Source of the DNA: an uncultured SAR86 cluster bacterium
GTDB lineage: Bacteria > Pseudomonadota > Gammaproteobacteria > Magnimaribacterales > AG-339-G14
Direction: 5' to 3'
Assembly: GCA_902566305.1 (NCBI GenBank)
Contig: CACFIK010000001.1
Coordinates: 29,205-93,204 of the forward strand
Length of the DNA stretch: 64,000 bases
Shown here: piece after piece, positions 29,070 through 37,748 of the stretch
Layout of the letters: every line of letters starts with the position of its first letter
How positions within the stretch are numbered: the stretch's first letter is position 1
Made by a program: the position numbers and the translations under genes
Notes under the pieces: generated by a model
The model's input: only the letters and a program-made list of their open reading frames with translations
Told to the model about the DNA's origin: nothing
Database searches by the model: none

Positions 29070-29965
29070 TCGGTATTAGAAAGCCTTTCCAATATATTAG
29101 AACTTTTTTTTGAATCCTTTTCCCAAGAATTCTTTATAAAGTTTATAAATTTATTGTTCCAGTTTGGCGAAATTTCTCCAGCATCAATCCAATAAAGTCT
29201 AAATTCAGGTATTTTTGATTCTATGAAATCGACTGGAATATTTGTTACCTCCAAAACCTTTATGCAATCCTCACTGGGTAGCCAATCTTTTGACATAGGT
29301 TGATCTTCTTTATCACTATCAAGCTTAAAGTTTTTTCTAGCCCACTGTTTTTTTGCATGATTTAAAAAAGTGGAATTCCAAGAGTTGGATTTAATCCTTT
29401 TTTCTTTCCAAAATAAAATAAACTCCGGCAGCAGGCTTTCAATGAAAGAATCACTTATTTCTAAACCTTTAAGAATTGACCTGGCATCCTCTGAGGGCTG
29501 CCAGTTCTTATCTATGAGAACTTTCTTCGATTCTTGATATTCAATTTTTTCCTTTTCTCTCCAATTTTTCAAAGCGTATTGAAGAAATTTTGCCTCTTTT
29601 AAATGCGGCTTTAAATCTTTTCCTTTCCAAAATAAATTAAAACTTGGAAGCTGATCTCCTAAGAAATCCTGTTCGATTCCTAAATTGCATGCCTGTTTAA
29701 CTAAATCTTCACTAGGATAAAAATTCATGGACTCATCTGAATTGGAAGCATTGTCCTTGGCAGAAATATTGTTGAAAAGGCCTAAATTATTAAGTTTTTG
29801 ATAAGAATTTTCTATTTGCGAAACATCCAAGAACCTAAATTCATCCTTCAGAATACTCAAGGAAAAGTTTTCTCGATTGTTTTGGAAAAAGTCTAGGATG
29901 ATTGCTTCAGTAATTCCAAGAGATTCTGCAATTTCTTTTGAGAAAGTGTATTTTTTCCCTGACAT
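29054..29965 (-). CDS. protein with a putative N-terminal HTH and three tandem DnaT-type (primosomal protein DnaT C-terminal, ssDNA-binding) modules
   Basis: 303 aa. The N-terminus FSKEIAESLGITEAIILDFF looks like an HTH. A module W/Y-x-P-S-E-D...L...(G)I...F(I/L)...LP.F.L(F/Y)W...W...F...W recurs three times with a 73-aa period. It matches E. coli DnaT DWQPDADFIRLAALWGV...FIAYWQAEGK...WQQKL. Confidence 0.6.
   Translation of the reverse strand: MSGKKYTFSKEIAESLGITEAIILDFFQNNRENFSLSILKDEFRFLDVSQIENSYQKLNNLGLFNNISAKDNASNSDESMNFYPSEDLVKQACNLGIEQDFLGDQLPSFNLFWKGKDLKPHLKEAKFLQYALKNWREKEKIEYQESKKVLIDKNWQPSEDARSILKGLEISDSFIESLLPEFILFWKEKRIKSNSWNSTFLNHAKKQWARKNFKLDSDKEDQPMSKDWLPSEDCIKVLEVTNIPVDFIESKIPEFRLYWIDAGEISPNWNNKFINFIKNSWEKDSKKSSNILERLSNTEWAKK
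29123..29722 (-). repeat. three tandem in-frame copies of a DnaT-like module with a 219-nt period (29561-29722, 29342-29503, 29123-29284)
   Basis: Protein-level repeats: FYPSEDLVKQACNLGIEQDFLGDQLPSFNLFWKG...; WQPSEDARSILKGLEISDSFIESLLPEFILFWKE...; WLPSEDCIKVLEVTNIPVDFIESKIPEFRLYWID.... The DNA copies have diverged. Confidence 0.8.
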
Positions 29966-31036
29966 TTATGCTGAAACCTTCATATTCTGTCTTCTATTTT
30001 TGACAGCACTTGAAAGCAAATTCAGCATAATTTCTGTATCTTCCCAGCCAACGCAAGCGTCGGTGATACTTTGTCCGTATTCGAGTTTATTTTTATTATC
30101 GGAGCTTTGGTTTCCCTCAATTAAATTGCTTTCAATCATGACTCCAACGATATTTCTAGATCCAGATGATATCTGGTTACAAAGGTCTTGATTTACAATC
30201 AACTGTTTTTTGAACTGTTTGCTGCTATTCCCATGACTCATATCAACCATGACAGAATCTATTAATCCATTTTCTTTAAGTATTTTTGATGTTTCTTTTA
30301 TGTCTTTGTCTTTGTAATTAGGCTCGCTTCCTCCTCTAAGGATCACATGACAATCTTGATTTCCCGCTGAGTTGAAGATAGCTGACTTACCCTCTTTAGT
30401 GATGGATAAGAAGATGTGTGAATGACTAGCAGCCTTTAGTGCATCAACGGCTACCTTTACTGACCCATTAGTGCTGTTTTTAAATCCAACAGGACAAGAT
30501 AACCCAGAAGCTAATTCTCTATGAATCTGACTCTCAGTGGTTCTAGCTCCAATAGCTCCCCAAGATATTAAATCTGAGATATATTGCGGAGTGATAATAT
30601 CGAGGTATTCTGTACCTGCAGGCAATCCTAATTCATTTATTTCCAAAAGAAGTTTTCTGGCAGTTTTTAACCCCTTATTTATGTTGAAGCTGTTATCAAT
30701 ATCTGGATCGTTTATCAAACCTTTCCATCCAATTGTGGTTCTAGGTTTTTCAAAATAAACCCTCATCACTATTTTGAGTTCTTTCGATAAATCATCAGCA
30801 AGCGGCTTTAATTTTTTTGCATATTCTATGGCAGCCTTTGGGTCATGAATGGAACAAGGACCTACTACAACTAATAAACGGTCATCTTCTTGCTTAAGAA
30901 TTGAGGATAATTCATTTCTTGATTCGTAAACCAGCTTCGATGCTTTTGAAGACAGGGGTAACTTGTCAATTAGCTTGATTGGAGGTGTGACCTCCAAAAG
31001 TCCTTTAATCCTAGTATTGTCTGTTAAATATTGCAT
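29966..31036 (-). CDS. aroG: 3-deoxy-7-phosphoheptulonate (DAHP) synthase, class I
   Basis: 356 aa. Motifs GPCSIHD and KPRTTIGWKGLINDP, nearly identical to the E. coli AroF/G/H signature. Isozyme specificity is unknown. Confidence 0.92.
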   Translation of the reverse strand: MQYLTDNTRIKGLLEVTPPIKLIDKLPLSSKASKLVYESRNELSSILKQEDDRLLVVVGPCSIHDPKAAIEYAKKLKPLADDLSKELKIVMRVYFEKPRTTIGWKGLINDPDIDNSFNINKGLKTARKLLLEINELGLPAGTEYLDIITPQYISDLISWGAIGARTTESQIHRELASGLSCPVGFKNSTNGSVKVAVDALKAASHSHIFLSITKEGKSAIFNSAGNQDCHVILRGGSEPNYKDKDIKETSKILKENGLIDSVMVDMSHGNSSKQFKKQLIVNQDLCNQISSGSRNIVGVMIESNLIEGNQSSDNKNKLEYGQSITDACVGWEDTEIMLNLLSSAVKNRRQNMKVSA

Positions 31037-31102
31037 AATTCTTTAAGTGAAAGCATTTTATATATAATCTCTTCAATTTAAAGGTTTTAATCTAAATATA
31101 CA

Positions 31103-32704
31103 GTGAAAATTTCTCTAGTACAGGAAAATCCCGTTGTTGGCGATATAGAAGGTAATACTTCTATAGCAAAAGATTACATTTTGAAATTTGAATCATCTGG
31201 TTCAGATCTCATTGTATTTAGTGAGCTATTTATTACAGGTTATCCTCCAGAAGATTTATTATTGAGAGACGATTTTCTTATTTCTGCACAAAAAAGTGTT
31301 GAAAATTTGTCATCATCAATAAAAAAATCAAAAGTTTTAATTGGACTGCCAACAAAGAAAGATGGCAAAAGATACAATTCTGCTGCTTTAATCGATAAGT
31401 CTGGAATCATTCAAATCTATGATAAACATGTTCTTCCAAACTATATCGAATTTGATGAAAAGAGATATTTTTCTAATGGCAGCTCCAAGAACTTCTTTCA
31501 ATTAAATGATCTCAAAGTAGGACTTTCAATTTGCGAAGATATTTGGGATGAAGGATTTATAGATTTGCAAAAAGAAAATAATCTTGACCTTCTCATAAAT
31601 CTGAGTGCTTCGCCATTCACCACCAGCAAGAAAGAAGAGAGAGGCAATGTTTTTGCCAAGATCTCTGAAAAGTTAAACATTCCTTTGATTTACGTAAATC
31701 AAACAGGAGGACAAGATGAACTGGTTTTTGATGGCACTTCCTCAGTAATCAATAAACAAGGTGATGTGACTATTGAACTTAAAAGCTTTGCGACTGATTC
31801 TATTCAATTTAATCATGAAGATTTAAATAATAGTTCAATCAAAGAAAAAACATCAAACAGATTGAAAGATCTTTATGATTCATTAGTGCTAGCTACAAAA
31901 GACTACGTAGAAAAAAATAACTTCAAAGGAGTGCTAATTGGTTCATCCGGCGGTATTGACTCTGCTTTGACAGCAACGATTGCAACAGATGCTCTTGGTT
32001 CAGAAAAAGTTAGAACGATAATGATGCCTTTTAAATATACTGCAGACATTAGTATCAATGATGCTGCTCTTTTGGCAAAGAATTTAGAAATCAATCATCA
32101 AGAAATTCCAATAGAGAAGGTTTATGACGCTCACATGAGCAAGCTTTCTGAAATTTTTAACAATAAAAAAATTGATAAAACCGAAGAAAATTTGCAGTCA
32201 AGAATCAGAGGAGTGACTCTGATGGCAATTTCAAATAAAGACGGTTTATTAGTTCTCACAACGGGGAATAAAAGTGAAACTGCAGTTGGCTACTCGACGT
32301 TATACGGCGATACTGCGGGAGGATTTGCAGTTTTAAAAGATGTGTCAAAGACATTGGTTTATGAACTATCAAAATATAGAAATGGATTAAATGAAGTGAT
32401 TCCAGAAAGAATCATTACAAGACCCCCAAGCGCTGAACTAGCTCCAGATCAAAAAGATTCTGATTCCCTGCCAGATTATGAAATATTGGATCCAATAATA
32501 GAGCTCTACGTAGAAAAGGATTTTTCTGTAAAAGAGATAATTCAAGAAGGTTTTGATGAGAAGACTGTAGAAAAAATAATCGGACTTATTGATTTCAATG
32601 AGTACAAAAGAAGGCAGGCTCCATTGGGAGTGAAAATATCCGATAGAAATTTTGACAAGGGTAGAAGATATCCTATTACCAATTTATGGAAACCCAATAT
32701 ATAG
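31103..32704 (+). CDS. nadE: glutamine-dependent NAD+ synthetase
   Basis: 533 aa with a GTG start. N-terminal CN-hydrolase domain (catalytic Cys in LSICEDIW) plus a C-terminal PP-loop synthetase domain (GSSGGIDSALTA). Confidence 0.92.
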   Translation: MKISLVQENPVVGDIEGNTSIAKDYILKFESSGSDLIVFSELFITGYPPEDLLLRDDFLISAQKSVENLSSSIKKSKVLIGLPTKKDGKRYNSAALIDKSGIIQIYDKHVLPNYIEFDEKRYFSNGSSKNFFQLNDLKVGLSICEDIWDEGFIDLQKENNLDLLINLSASPFTTSKKEERGNVFAKISEKLNIPLIYVNQTGGQDELVFDGTSSVINKQGDVTIELKSFATDSIQFNHEDLNNSSIKEKTSNRLKDLYDSLVLATKDYVEKNNFKGVLIGSSGGIDSALTATIATDALGSEKVRTIMMPFKYTADISINDAALLAKNLEINHQEIPIEKVYDAHMSKLSEIFNNKKIDKTEENLQSRIRGVTLMAISNKDGLLVLTTGNKSETAVGYSTLYGDTAGGFAVLKDVSKTLVYELSKYRNGLNEVIPERIITRPPSAELAPDQKDSDSLPDYEILDPIIELYVEKDFSVKEIIQEGFDEKTVEKIIGLIDFNEYKRRQAPLGVKISDRNFDKGRRYPITNLWKPNI

Positions 32705-32750
32705 GGTTATAGTAAGAAAAAATCACTACATTTTGTGCTTTTGAAGGCAA

Positions 32751-33596
32751 TTGAGCTATAATTCGCTCAAAACAGCTGTGGATACAATAAAAGACATCAA
32801 TAAAGCTGAACAACAAGAATTGCCTCTAAAATTGCAAGGCGAGAATATATCTGACCTTCCCGAAGATTTATACATCCCACCTAATTCTCTAAGAATATTT
32901 TTAGATTCATTTGAAGGCCCGTTAGACCTCCTTTTGTATTTTATTAAGAAGCAGAACCTTGATATTGCCAACATTGATGTTTCTTTAATTACTGATCAAT
33001 ATATTTCATACATAAACCTCATGGAAGAACTTCAGTTTGATTTGGCTGGTGAATACCTAGTCATGTCTGCTTATCTTGCAGAAATAAAATCTAGGATTTT
33101 GTTACCTTCACTATCTGAAGATGATGAGGTAGAAGACGACCCGAGATCAGAATTAATTAGAAGACTTCAAGAATACGAGAGATATAAAAAAGCATCTGAA
33201 AGCTTAAATGATATTCCAATGGTAAACAGAGATTTTTATCTCGCTAGTGCAGCAAAACCTGAATTTGAAGCATCAAAAGAAAAACCAAAAATTACAGGAG
33301 AAGACTTAGTGCTTATTTTTAATGAGCTTAAAGAAAGAATAAGTCTTAATAAAAGTCATGTTATTGATTTTGAAGAACTTTCTACAAGAGAAAGGATGAC
33401 CGAAATTCTTGAATTACTCCAACAAAGTGACTTAATAGCTTTCAATGATTTGATAAAGAAGTCAGAAGGAAAGATGGGCGTTGCAGTTGTCTTGTTAGCA
33501 ATCATGGAGTTGCTTAAAGATTCACTAATAAAGGGGATTCAAAACGAACCTTTCGGAAAAATTCATCTTTCAAAAAAAATTGCAGGCGTCCACTAA
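32751..33596 (+). CDS. scpA: segregation and condensation protein A
   Basis: 281 aa with a TTG start. Has the FEGPLDLLLYFIKKQNLDI signature of ScpA. Confidence 0.88.
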   Translation: MSYNSLKTAVDTIKDINKAEQQELPLKLQGENISDLPEDLYIPPNSLRIFLDSFEGPLDLLLYFIKKQNLDIANIDVSLITDQYISYINLMEELQFDLAGEYLVMSAYLAEIKSRILLPSLSEDDEVEDDPRSELIRRLQEYERYKKASESLNDIPMVNRDFYLASAAKPEFEASKEKPKITGEDLVLIFNELKERISLNKSHVIDFEELSTRERMTEILELLQQSDLIAFNDLIKKSEGKMGVAVVLLAIMELLKDSLIKGIQNEPFGKIHLSKKIAGVH

Positions 33597-34196
33597 ATGA
33601 ATACGATCACACTTTCAAAAATTATTGAGGCGATACTTCTATCGTCTGGCAGACCTTTAAGCGAAAAAGAGATCACTAACCTATTCGACGAAGAAGAAAA
33701 ACCATCTCATACAGAATTTAAAGATGCTTTAGATTTGATTGAGCAAAATTCTCAAAATAATTCTTTTACTTTATCTAGGGTTGCAAGTGGATTTAGACTT
33801 CAGGTTGATCAAGCTTATGCCCCTTATATTGCTAAAATTTGGCAAGAGAAGAATCAAAGATATTCCAGAGCGTTAATGGAGACAATAACTTTGATAGCCT
33901 ACAAGCAGCCCATAACAAGAAGCGAGATAGAGGAAGTTAGAGGAGTTTCAGTAAGTAGTAATTTAATTAAGAATTTATTTGAAAAGGGATGGATTAAAGT
34001 TGTCGGTATTAGAGATGTTCCTGGAAAACCAAGTTTGCTAGGTACTACAAAAGAGTTTCTTGATGACTTGGGGCTCAAGAAACTATCGGATTTGCCTTCT
34101 TTACCAGAAATAAATATTTCTACTAAATCTACCATGCCATTACCTTTGGAGGATCCAGACCAAAATTCCATTGAGAGAAATGAGATAATCCAGTGA
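33597..34196 (+). CDS. scpB: segregation and condensation protein B
   Basis: 199 aa. IIEAILLSSGRPLS plus tandem winged-helix regions. Starts directly after scpA. Confidence 0.88.
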   Translation: MNTITLSKIIEAILLSSGRPLSEKEITNLFDEEEKPSHTEFKDALDLIEQNSQNNSFTLSRVASGFRLQVDQAYAPYIAKIWQEKNQRYSRALMETITLIAYKQPITRSEIEEVRGVSVSSNLIKNLFEKGWIKVVGIRDVPGKPSLLGTTKEFLDDLGLKKLSDLPSLPEINISTKSTMPLPLEDPDQNSIERNEIIQ

Positions 34197-34918
34197 AAGA
34201 AAGAATCCAAAAGGTTCTTTCCGATTCAGGCATCGCATCTCGACGGCAAATAGAAAAGTTCATTCAAGAAAAAAGAATCTTTGTTGGCGACAGACTAGCC
34301 AAGCTTGGAGAGAAAATTTCAAGAGATGATCAAATTTTCCTGGATGGAAAAAAAATTACTCTAAATGTTAATAATAAGTTAAGAGTATTAGCTTTAAACA
34401 AACCTGAAGGGTTTGAATGCACTAGATCAGAAAAAAGCTCTAAGAAAAAAATATTTGATTTGTTGCCGCCTGAAAAAAACTTCAGATGGATATCAGTAGG
34501 TAGATTGGACTTAAACACCTCAGGCCTTCTTTTGCTTACAAATAATGGGCATGTTGCCAATCAACTAATGCATCCCTCATCAATGCTTGATAGAGAATAC
34601 ATTGCTCGTATAAGGGGAGAAGTTGAACCAGCTGATTTAGAAAAATTAAAAAAAGGCCTTCAAATTGATGGAAATAGAATGAAATTCAATGATTTAGTTG
34701 AAGGCAGGATAACCAAATCCCACTCTTGGTTTGCTCTTGTTATGCAAGAGGGAAAAAATAGAGAAGTCAGAAAGCTATGGAATGCATTAGGCTACGAAGT
34801 AAGTCGCCTTAAAAGAGTAAGGTACGCAAATATTTTTTTACCCTCCACGTTAAAGCAGGGCTCCTATAAGGAACTGAGCCAAAAAGAAATTGATAACTTA
34901 ATCAAGAATCTCTCTTAG
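34193..34918 (+). CDS. rluB: 23S rRNA pseudouridine synthase, RsuA/RluB family
   Basis: 241 aa. N-terminal S4 domain (RIQKVLSDSGIASRR) and catalytic motif VGRLDLNTSGLLLLTN. Conserved scpB-rluB adjacency. Confidence 0.87.
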   Translation: MKERIQKVLSDSGIASRRQIEKFIQEKRIFVGDRLAKLGEKISRDDQIFLDGKKITLNVNNKLRVLALNKPEGFECTRSEKSSKKKIFDLLPPEKNFRWISVGRLDLNTSGLLLLTNNGHVANQLMHPSSMLDREYIARIRGEVEPADLEKLKKGLQIDGNRMKFNDLVEGRITKSHSWFALVMQEGKNREVRKLWNALGYEVSRLKRVRYANIFLPSTLKQGSYKELSQKEIDNLIKNLS

Positions 34919-35557
34919 GGATTTAATTTTAACAACATCGTTTAAATCCTCATCTTTAATGGAGTTATTATGATAGCCGTATTCTGCAAATATAAATGAG
35001 GTTTTCGCACGTTTTGAGGCCTCGAAATCTTTGAAATGGTCTCCAAAAAAAAGAGTATTTTCAGGAGAACAATTTAACTTCTTCATGGCTAAATTTATAC
35101 CGCTTGGATCAGGTTTTCTTCTGTTCTCAGCATCTTCTGGAGAGATAACTATATCTGCTACTTCATCCCATTTATAAAAATTTGAGATTTTATCAGTGAG
35201 GAATTTAGGTTTATTTGTAACTATCCCCCACTTTTTATTATTATCTTTGATGAATTTTATAAGTTCTTCAAAGCCTCCAAATGTTTTGGAGTCAGTACAT
35301 ATTTTTTCGTACTCCTCAATAAGCTCTTTTCTTAGAATTTCGAAATTGGCATCATTATCTAAAATTGAGAATCCAAGTGAAATCAAGGCTCCAGCACCCT
35401 CAGAAACAATTTGTCTTACAGATGAAAATTCTTTTTCAATTAACTCCTTTTGCTGAAGCAAAAAATTAAGAGACAGATGAAATTCTTTAGCAGTATCCAG
35501 AATGGTGCCATCTAAATCAAAGAGGTACAGGTCTATATCACTGTGGTTTATGAGCAT
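34898..35557 (-). CDS. HAD-IA family phosphatase (phosphoglycolate phosphatase / MupP-like)
   Basis: 219 aa. Motif I FDLDGTILDT, motif II VTNK, motif IV FGDHFKD. It lies downstream of ubiG as in Pseudomonas. Confidence 0.8.
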   Translation of the reverse strand: MLINHSDIDLYLFDLDGTILDTAKEFHLSLNFLLQQKELIEKEFSSVRQIVSEGAGALISLGFSILDNDANFEILRKELIEEYEKICTDSKTFGGFEELIKFIKDNNKKWGIVTNKPKFLTDKISNFYKWDEVADIVISPEDAENRRKPDPSGINLAMKKLNCSPENTLFFGDHFKDFEASKRAKTSFIFAEYGYHNNSIKDEDLNDVVKIKSLREILD

Positions 35558-36230
35558 GAACTAAATAGTTAACTGTAACATCATCGCCTAACCAATAGTT
35601 GCCTGAAAGTGGGTTGTAGCTCATTCCAATGATTTCTTTAACTTCTAACCCCGACCTTGTCATAAAACCATGAAGTTCTGATGGTTTTATGAACTTATTA
35701 AAATCATGAGTACCTTTGGGTAATAAATTAAGAATGTATTCAGCACCAATAATTGCAAAAAGAAAGGATTTTGGATTTCTATTGATAGTTGAAAAAAACA
35801 CTTCGCCGCCCGGTTTACATAAATCTGAGCAAGTCTTAACGAGCAATTCAGGATCGGGAACATGTTCTATCGCTTCAAGGCAAGAAACGATATCAAAAGC
35901 TTTCTTTTCAACAAGCAAGCTTTCAGCTTCCCCAAGGATATAGCTTATATCTTTGTTGCTTTTTGAAGCATGAAGTTTCGCTGTTTCTATTGCGACTTCT
36001 GATATATCAACTCCTGTGACTTGCGCTCCAAAATCGTACAAAGCTTCTGTTAATAATCCGCCACCACAAGCAACATCAAGAACCTCTAAATTATTTACGT
36101 TTTTTTTGTCATTAATATAATTTGAACGTAGAGGATTAATTTTATGTAGAGGTGCAAATTTTCCAGAAGGATCCCACCACTCTTCTGCTATTTTATTAAA
36201 CTTATCTTTTTCTGCTTGATCGATATTCAT
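35538..36230 (-). CDS. ubiG: bifunctional 3-demethylubiquinol / 2-polyprenyl-6-hydroxyphenol O-methyltransferase
   Basis: 230 aa. Motifs FNKIAEEWWDPSGKFAPLHKINPLR and SAM motif VLDVACGGGLL. Confidence 0.92.
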   Translation of the reverse strand: MNIDQAEKDKFNKIAEEWWDPSGKFAPLHKINPLRSNYINDKKNVNNLEVLDVACGGGLLTEALYDFGAQVTGVDISEVAIETAKLHASKSNKDISYILGEAESLLVEKKAFDIVSCLEAIEHVPDPELLVKTCSDLCKPGGEVFFSTINRNPKSFLFAIIGAEYILNLLPKGTHDFNKFIKPSELHGFMTRSGLEVKEIIGMSYNPLSGNYWLGDDVTVNYLVHAHKPQ

Positions 36231-36349
36231 ATTTCTGACAATCTGAGTTCAGTATATTGAATTACATTGTAAAAAAAAGTTAAAGCTTCATTTATATTAA
36301 GCTTAATACTTTGTTTAAAATTAATTCTTATTTTTATTTAAAACTTGAA

Positions 36350-37468
36350 ATGAAAATATTCTTTCCAAAGGAATCTGAAAAAGAAACGAGATCTGCTCTG
36401 GATCTTGCTTCTGCTAAGAGGTTGATCGATCTTGGAATAGAAGTTTCGTTTGAATCAGGAGTCACTCAAAAGATAGATATCGCAGATCAAGATTTAGAAG
36501 ATATAGGATGCAAAAACGAATCTAGGTCAGAAGGTTTATCTAATTCAGAAATTATTTCCTCAGTAAATCATTTGCCTTTATCAGACTTGGATTCAGTTTC
36601 TGAAAATACTTTAACTATAAGTTTTCTTGATGTGTTCAATGAGAAAGAATTTTTAGAGAAGCTAAAACAAAGAAAGATCATTTCTATCAGTATGGAATTA
36701 ATTCCAAGAATCACAAGAGCTCAAAAAATGGATGCATTATCATCTCAAGCTAATTTAGCAGGGTATTCAGCAGTAATGTTGGCCTCATCTGAAATGAATA
36801 AAGCAATGCCGATGATGATGACAGCTGCAGGAACAATTTCTCCCGCAAGAGTTTTTGTAATTGGTGTTGGAGTTGCGGGACTTCAAGCCATGGCAACTGC
36901 AAAAAGACTTGGAGCTCGCGTTGAAGCATTTGACACCAGACCAGCAGTTGAAGAACAAGTGAAGTCTTTAGGAGCAAGATTTATAAAAATAGATATCGGT
37001 GAAACTGAAGAGACTGATCAAGGCTATGCAAAAGAATTAACAGAGAAACAATTAGAGTTACAAAGAGAAGGAATGAAAAAGGTTTGTGGATACTCAGATA
37101 TTGTAATAACTACGGCACAAGTTTTTGGTAAGCCAGCTCCTAGAATTTTATCTGAAGATATGATCTCTAGCATGCAGCCAGGAAGTGTTATCGTTGATAT
37201 GGCTGTCACCTCAGGTGGAAATGTCGAAGGTTCTGTCTTAGGTGAGACTGTCGAAAAAAATGGGGTGAAAATAATAGGGCATGAAAATCTTCCAGGGTAT
37301 GTTCCGGAACATTCCACTCAAGTATATGCAAGCAATATCTATAATTTAATTGAAGAGTTTTGGGATAAAGATGCAAAAAAACTCCAATTAGATGAATCAG
37401 ATGAAATTTTAAAAAGCTGCATAGTCACAAAAGATGGTAATTTCATATCAGAAATTCTAAGGAGTTAA
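36350..37468 (+). CDS. pntAA: NAD(P) transhydrogenase subunit alpha, part 1 (dI)
   Basis: ATG at 36350 gives MKIFFPKESEKETR (compare E. coli MRIGIPRERLTNETR). Rossmann motif VIGVGVAGLQA. The track ORF has a 13-codon upstream extension. Confidence 0.9.
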   Translation: MKIFFPKESEKETRSALDLASAKRLIDLGIEVSFESGVTQKIDIADQDLEDIGCKNESRSEGLSNSEIISSVNHLPLSDLDSVSENTLTISFLDVFNEKEFLEKLKQRKIISISMELIPRITRAQKMDALSSQANLAGYSAVMLASSEMNKAMPMMMTAAGTISPARVFVIGVGVAGLQAMATAKRLGARVEAFDTRPAVEEQVKSLGARFIKIDIGETEETDQGYAKELTEKQLELQREGMKKVCGYSDIVITTAQVFGKPAPRILSEDMISSMQPGSVIVDMAVTSGGNVEGSVLGETVEKNGVKIIGHENLPGYVPEHSTQVYASNIYNLIEEFWDKDAKKLQLDESDEILKSCIVTKDGNFISEILRS

Positions 37469-37472
37469 TTTA

Positions 37473-37748
37473 ATGGAAATGATGCTGCTACTGTTTGTCC
37501 TTGTCCTTTCAATATTTTTGGGTTTTGAGCTCATTAATAAGGTTCCATCTACTCTTCACACTCCTTTGATGTCAGGTGCTAATGCAATTTCTGGAATAAC
37601 CCTTGTTGGAGCAATATTATCTTCGGGGGGCGACTCTTCAAGCATTACTATTGCCTTAGGCACAATAGCTGTTTTCTTGGCAAGTCTAAATGTTGTTGGC
37701 GGATATCTAGTTACAAATAGAATGCTTAGAATGTTTAAGAAAAAATGA
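37473..37748 (+). CDS. pntAB: NAD(P) transhydrogenase subunit alpha, part 2 (membrane)
   Basis: 91 aa, three hydrophobic helices, located between the dI and beta genes. Confidence 0.88.
   Translation: MEMMLLLFVLVLSIFLGFELINKVPSTLHTPLMSGANAISGITLVGAILSSGGDSSSITIALGTIAVFLASLNVVGGYLVTNRMLRMFKKK

Noticed and set aside
28482-29965. Interpretation of the lambda-P-like / DnaT-repeat pair as part of a prophage or genomic island
   Set aside because: No integrase, repressor, structural, lysis or att-like sequences occur within at least 20 kb on either side. The pair is directly fused to the aroG cistron, and its composition looks like that of its neighbours by eye. A very old, fully decayed insertion cannot be excluded.
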